From NCBI GenBank assembly GCA_963813335.1, contig CAWEYL010000001.1, positions 512,001-576,000 on the forward strand: 64,000 bases of DNA, given 5' to 3'. The notes beneath the pieces were generated by a model that was given only the letters and a program-made list of their open reading frames with translations, had not been told where the DNA came from and ran no database searches. The position numbers were made by a program, and so were the translations under genes. Source of the DNA: an uncultured Chloroflexia bacterium (GTDB lineage Bacteria; Chloroflexota; Limnocylindria; Limnocylindrales; CSP1-4). The stretch's first letter is position 1. The number at the start of each line of letters is the position of its first letter. Positions 59,071 to 64,000 of the stretch are shown piece after piece.

Positions 59071-59541
59071 TCATCGATACGGCCGCGGCATCGGCGGGTC
59101 CTGCGCTCCATCGAAGAGGAGGCGGCCGCGCAGGGGAACGGCGAGGTAGACGTCGATCCACTCCACGTCGAAGGAGTAGCTCTGGAACCGGCTCGAGCTC
59201 GTTCCGGAGGCCGGCCAGCACCTGTCGCGGTCGAATGTCGGGCCGGCCGGGAGCGAGATGGTCACCGACGTCGGCGTGTCGATGACTTCGGGGGCGAGGT
59301 GCCAGACCCGGCTGTCCCAGTGGAACGAGCTCGTGCAGTAGGGCTCGCTGGCATAGATGCGGATGACCGACGCGGACGGGTCGGTGGGATGCTGGTCGTC
59401 GAGACCCCACATGATCAGGTGCGACCGATCCGTCGGCGTGATCGACCCTGGCGCGCTGGAGCCGAGTCGGCCAAGGAGCAGAACGCCAGCCAGGACCAAG
59501 AGCACGACGCCGGTCCCGATGAAGATGCGCGACTGCTGCAT
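59071..59541 (-). CDS. Hypothetical membrane-anchored or secreted protein
   Basis: N-terminal hydrophobic helix IFIGTGVVLLVLAGVLLL, two Cys, C-terminal PLRGRLLFDG. Confidence 0.6.
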   Translation of the reverse strand: MQQSRIFIGTGVVLLVLAGVLLLGRLGSSAPGSITPTDRSHLIMWGLDDQHPTDPSASVIRIYASEPYCTSSFHWDSRVWHLAPEVIDTPTSVTISLPAGPTFDRDRCWPASGTSSSRFQSYSFDVEWIDVYLAVPLRGRLLFDGAQDPPMPRPYR

Positions 59542-59664
59542 GCGCCATCGATCACACACGCATGGCCGCAGCGCAAGGACTCGAAGGTCGTGCACCAAGC
59601 GGAAGGTTGACCAGGCGCACCGGCGGCGTGTCGTCGTTTCGCTGACGTCGGACGGTTGGTCGGC

Positions 59665-60210
59665 TCAGTCGTCGGCTGGCTGACTAATCCCTTTGGCCGC
59701 GTGGACCGGATGGCCGGCGAGCCGGGCGCGGTACCGGGCGTCGTCGGCGACGATGGCGGCATCCATCGGATCGCCCGACACAGCGACGACGCAGATGCCG
59801 ATGGTCGAATCCACGGCTGGGAGGCCGTCGTCAAGTTCCCAAACGACGGCATCCAAGAGGGTCCGCTGCGCCTCCTCCCGCCCGACGTGCCCGGGTATCT
59901 CGATCGCGAACTCGTCGCCGCCGAACCGAAATACACGCCAGGGCGAGAGGACCTTGATGAGATGAGCGGCGCAGGCTCGGAGTACTTGATCGCCGATGTC
60001 ATGCCCGTGCAGCTCGTTGACTGCCCGGAAGTCGTTGAGATCGACCACCGCCACCAAGGATCCGGACTGGATGTGGCGGATCGAGTCGTGACTGAACGCC
60101 CCGGTGAGCGGATCCTTCGCGAGAGGGTGGTCAACGTGCATGTCTGATCCTGACGGGCTTCCCGGTTCAGGCGCAAGGCGGATGACGTGCTCGTTCGGGT
60201 CCGTGCTCAT
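59665..60210 (-). CDS. Stand-alone GGDEF diguanylate cyclase
   Basis: DPLTG, DLNDFRAVNELHGHDIGDQVL, RFGGDEF, ADDARYRAR; start could also be 60141. Confidence 0.85.
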   Translation of the reverse strand: MSTDPNEHVIRLAPEPGSPSGSDMHVDHPLAKDPLTGAFSHDSIRHIQSGSLVAVVDLNDFRAVNELHGHDIGDQVLRACAAHLIKVLSPWRVFRFGGDEFAIEIPGHVGREEAQRTLLDAVVWELDDGLPAVDSTIGICVVAVSGDPMDAAIVADDARYRARLAGHPVHAAKGISQPADD

Positions 60211-60851
60211 GGTGTCGGCAGTCCAAGCGAGGGACCGACCGGTGGTCGCGCCGGACGCACTGCTGGGAGCGCAGGACGCCTTGACCGTGGTTGATTTCCA
60301 CCGAATGGCCCTCACCAGACGCAGGCATCGAAGCCGACATGCGTCCCGAGGATCAGGTGCTCCGTCGGCGACCTCGGGCCACCCGTACGCGAAGAAGCCG
60401 TAGTCCCACGGGGCGCGGCGCAGATCCGCTGCTCCCGGCCGAAGACTCGACGACATCGCGGCCAGGGCCACCCGGCCGTGCTCGCACCCTCGAGGGAGGT
60501 ACCGGTACCGCGTTCACGGCGACGGGGTCGCCTCACATTTCGTGACGACCATCGCCCCGGACGACTTCACGCAGCGCGACCGTGATGGCCGGGCCGACCC
60601 TGAGCCGAGCGTAAGGCTGCGTCGACCTGACCAAGACGCTCGGCCGGGACCATCGTCGGATACACCGGTTGGGGACCGGAACCATACCCTTGGCGCATGC
60701 GCCCGCTGCCGCGAGGAGACCTCACTTGACCTGGGTCGGGACGAACCTGGAGGGTCTACCGGCCTGGCCGCGCCAAATCCCGCTATTCACTGGTGAAACG
60801 GAGCTCGCGGCTTATCGCACCGAGTGTGCGCGTGTCGGTGGCGTGTGGTTG

Positions 60852-62552
60852 ATGGACGTCACGGAGGTTCGAGTCCTCGGGCGTCCTGGCCTTCGTCTCG
60901 GCGTAAGGCCCAATGGAGGTCCGGTCGAGACCCTGTGGCTTGTCGCCAGCACCGTGGACGACCCATGTCGATCCGATCTCCGCCCGAGCTACCTGTTCAT
61001 GCGGGATCACGCCGATGCCGTGCTGCCCACGCGCTTCGCCCAGCGAACGGCCGTGGCGATGCGAATCGAAGACAGGCCAAATCAATACCGATCAGGAGAT
61101 CGACCCGACCGAGGCCGTCGCCTTACCGCGGAATACCGCTTCACGGACCCGTACAGACTCGCTGCCACCTACTGGTACCCGGTCGACGCATCCATCACCC
61201 GACTGACCAAGGATCATCCCTCAGGCCGAAGTCATACGACACCAAACCCGCCGGAGGAGATCCCGACAGTATTCGCCGAGCTCGTGCGACGGACAGGTGT
61301 GGGACACCTTGAGACGAGCGCTTGGGCGCACGGCCCGTTCCGCGGGGTTCGAGCACGGTTCCCGGTTCGCGGTGAGCTGTCCCAAGACCACCCTGCCGTC
61401 ACGGTTTGGGTGGGCTGGGCTCCCTCGGACCACGCGATGGTGACCTTCGACTGGGAGGACGGCGAATCACCCACGGCGTTCGCGTGGCGTCATGCGCAGA
61501 GCCGCACCTCGCACAAACAAACGTCGATCCTAGAACTCTGGAAGGACCTGGGTCCGATCGTGCAGGCGATCGCCCCACCCTGGGCGGACTGTGACACCGA
61601 GTGGCTGTTGGGCCAGCTCGGCGAGGCATCGCAGCCGGACGCGATTCGCCCGCTGCAATCGGAACTCGAGCGGCTCGGCTCAGATCGCCTGTTCGGCAGC
61701 TTGCGCACCTTGGCCCCCGTCGAGGAGCAGTGGATGTCGCTGCTGCACTCCTCTTACCGGCCGCCTGTTTACCGGCCGCCTGTTCCGATCGTCGCACTCT
61801 CTCATGGGCGTGGGGCTCTTGACCGACTGCGCGTTCCCCTTCTGCCTCGCCATACGCGTGACCTGATCGATCCTCGTGACCTGGTCGAGGAGCCGCTCCT
61901 GACCGAGCTCGCCCGCACCGCGCACGAGTCCGTTATCCGTGTGACGGGTTGTCGATCAATCTGGGGTCCCTCGGGGCGCCTCACGGCGCGGGTCATCGCC
62001 GGCTTTGTGGGCGCGCTTGTGCCTGCAGCCTCGCCGGGCGCGGATCTCTGGGCGGGGCTCGTTCGTGAAGCGGATCGGGCACCGAGCGGCGCCCGCGCCG
62101 ACCGGGCCTTTGATCGCGACGCCGTCTCCCGCGCCGTCGAGGCCTGGGCGAGCGACTCGCGGTGGCCATTGCCGTTGGGTCAGGAGGGGCGCGATCTGCT
62201 CGCGCGTGCCTACTCGGTCGACTTCCAGATGGCGGGCTGGCTCAATGAGGCGTTCGACGATACATACGATCTCGCCGGGCCCGAATCAGAGCTCCGTTAC
62301 GATGTCGCCGTCGAAATCGGTCTTGAGCCCGGCTCCTGGGGGAAGCCGATGCGCAAGGCGCTCGTAGCGCGGGACGGCTCCCGCACCGACCTGTGGGGAG
62401 TGCCGCACTGGGCACTTGAGAACGCGGTCGTAGCCACGATGCCGGGGCTCGATCCGGCGATCCGGGAGCGCCTGGCCAAGCCCTGGCGAACCTACGAGCG
62501 ATGGATCGGCATCTGGCGGCGGCGTGGTCCGGACTGGTACCGCCAGCCGTGA
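60852..62552 (+). CDS. Large hypothetical protein (ORFan)
   Basis: Open frame 60669..62552 with atypical, less GC3-biased codons; Trp-rich; start uncertain. Confidence 0.55.
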   Translation: MDVTEVRVLGRPGLRLGVRPNGGPVETLWLVASTVDDPCRSDLRPSYLFMRDHADAVLPTRFAQRTAVAMRIEDRPNQYRSGDRPDRGRRLTAEYRFTDPYRLAATYWYPVDASITRLTKDHPSGRSHTTPNPPEEIPTVFAELVRRTGVGHLETSAWAHGPFRGVRARFPVRGELSQDHPAVTVWVGWAPSDHAMVTFDWEDGESPTAFAWRHAQSRTSHKQTSILELWKDLGPIVQAIAPPWADCDTEWLLGQLGEASQPDAIRPLQSELERLGSDRLFGSLRTLAPVEEQWMSLLHSSYRPPVYRPPVPIVALSHGRGALDRLRVPLLPRHTRDLIDPRDLVEEPLLTELARTAHESVIRVTGCRSIWGPSGRLTARVIAGFVGALVPAASPGADLWAGLVREADRAPSGARADRAFDRDAVSRAVEAWASDSRWPLPLGQEGRDLLARAYSVDFQMAGWLNEAFDDTYDLAGPESELRYDVAVEIGLEPGSWGKPMRKALVARDGSRTDLWGVPHWALENAVVATMPGLDPAIRERLAKPWRTYERWIGIWRRRGPDWYRQP

Positions 62553-62735
62553 CGAGTTCGGGCGAACGCGTCGCGGCGTATCGAAGCTGGTCGTGACTGC
62601 GACCACGAAGGCGAGGTCATACGGGCCTTGGGACAAGATGACAGGTGATTCGCCGAACCACTTGACCACACGGGACCGCTACTCTTCGGATTCGGCGGTA
62701 CGCCTCGACTGGACGGCAGTCTCGAGGTTTCGGGG

Positions 62736-64000
62736 ATGAGCTTCCTGCGAAGGATCGCGGGTCGCGACGCTGATGGCGCTCCCGAGTGGTGCGCCCCGCT
62801 GGGCGGCGACGGATACCGGCTTATGGTCGAGATCGTCGCGCGCCAGCTCGGCAGCCGCGACATGCAGGGCACGCCCGCCGAAGTGTGGTGGCCGCGCGAG
62901 GCAGCGGAGACGCTCGCCTTGCCCAAGCTCGCTGCCGGGCTGGCGAGCCTGCCCCGGGCGCAGTGGGAGCCCGCGATCCGGGCGTTCTTCGGCCCGAGGG
63001 TGGCCCAGCGCGAGGCGGGCGACCGCGCCGAAGCTGCTGCGCGAACGCTCGACCTCGCCAGTCCCATGCTTCGGTTGATCATGATGCCTGACGCGTCCGC
63101 GCCCCCCGGCGACGTCCGGTTTCCCGGTCCGCTGCCCGGGACGGTCGTGGTGCTTGCCCTCGACGCGAAGACGTCAGACCGGTACGTCAGTGAACGGCTC
63201 GCTGTCAGTTGGGGCGAGTCGCTCGAGCGCATCCACGAGGTGGCAGAGGCCCAGGTGCTGGCATTGCCGATCGACGAGGCCGATCGCGCCCACGCCGGTC
63301 GGCCCGCGGTCCGCAGCTACTCCCTCGAGCGCCACGGCGCGTACATCGGGCCGGTGATCGGCCACCTCGCCGAGCGGCTGCCGGATGCCATGGGGCCGTT
63401 CGGGGCGTACGTGGGCGTGCCGACCCCAGGTGGGCTCATCGTCCGCCCGCTCGCCGAAGGGCTCGATCTGCGTGGCGACCTCGGCGAGGTGGCCCTCCTG
63501 TGTCAGACCGTGTGGGAGAAGGCGGCAACGCGCATCGAGCGGGTGCCGTTCTGGGTGCGGCCGGACGGCAAGATCGTGCCCGGGCCGCTGTCCTTCGACA
63601 GCGCCGGCGCGACCGGATCATCGATGCCCGGCCTCGCCGGCGTCCTGTCCGCTCTCGACCCCCGCGAGCTTCTGCCGGTCGCCGGTTGGGCACAGGGCAA
63701 GCTGACGCCGGATCAGTACGTCCGGTTCGCGGGGTGCGTCTCCGCCGAGCTCGGGTATGCGGCGCCTGAGGAGGTCGCGAAGCTCGGATCGGGGCTCGGC
63801 CTCGCCTCGCTCGCGGAGGCCTGCGGGTCGGCCCCGTTTTCGGCGTGGCTCGGCACGATCCGAGAGCACCTCCGCCGAGAGAAGGTCGGGGCCGCCGACG
63901 TGCGGGGACTGGCCACCGGCGAGGTCGATGACCGCGAGTCCGCCCTGGCCGCGCTCGTGACCTGGATCGACGCGCCGGCCGCAGACTCCACCGCCGAGGT
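62736..64000 (+). CDS. Hypothetical protein with internal domain duplication (runs off window)
   Basis: Hand-translated open frame MSFLRRIAGRDADGAPEW... to window end; absent from the ORF track because it has no stop. Confidence 0.7.
   Translation, partial: MSFLRRIAGRDADGAPEWCAPLGGDGYRLMVEIVARQLGSRDMQGTPAEVWWPREAAETLALPKLAAGLASLPRAQWEPAIRAFFGPRVAQREAGDRAEAAARTLDLASPMLRLIMMPDASAPPGDVRFPGPLPGTVVVLALDAKTSDRYVSERLAVSWGESLERIHEVAEAQVLALPIDEADRAHAGRPAVRSYSLERHGAYIGPVIGHLAERLPDAMGPFGAYVGVPTPGGLIVRPLAEGLDLRGDLGEVALLCQTVWEKAATRIERVPFWVRPDGKIVPGPLSFDSAGATGSSMPGLAGVLSALDPRELLPVAGWAQGKLTPDQYVRFAGCVSAELGYAAPEEVAKLGSGLGLASLAEACGSAPFSAWLGTIREHLRREKVGAADVRGLATGEVDDRESALAALVTWIDAPAADSTAE

Noticed and set aside
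60220-60660. Possible small genes between GGDEF and the ORFan
   Set aside because: Only short fragments (e.g. WDYGFFAYGWPEV) without consistent start, SD or codon bias; at best relics.

Overview
Very GC-rich bacterial chromosome segment, probably metagenome-assembled. The style is monoderm/Terrabacteria (HrcA-CIRCE, many lipoproteins, pervasive leaderless genes); a Chloroflexota or actinobacteria-like origin is inferred, not proven. Core content in order: purB-purC-purS-purQ-purL-purF-purM followed by an in-frame purN-purH fusion, an ArsR-MFS pair, metG-tatD, CIRCE-groES-groEL, pcrA, ligA, gatC-gatA, a LacI-controlled cellobiose ABC/GH94/GH1 operon, gatB, and a BMP-type nucleoside ABC transporter with a divergent nucleoside hydrolase. 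From about 54.5 kb there is an accessory tail (adenylate cyclase, AraC/VOC, GGDEF, ORFans). Many genes are frameshifted. Most breaks I could resolve are +1 insertions at synonymous wobble positions where both alternative bases are present, so they look like merged-strain consensus artefacts rather than pseudogenes. Top leads: (1) a MetRS whose HIGH motif reads GIHT, the H/G swap known from mupirocin-hyper-resistant IleRS2; (2) an orphan fusion of a contractile-injection-system baseplate N-terminus with a fibre-attachment-like domain, lying upstream of a structured leader and a small secreted protein; (3) a trifunctional PurN-PurH; (4) a probable CTG start codon. No tRNA, rRNA, CRISPR array or transposase/integrase could be supported.
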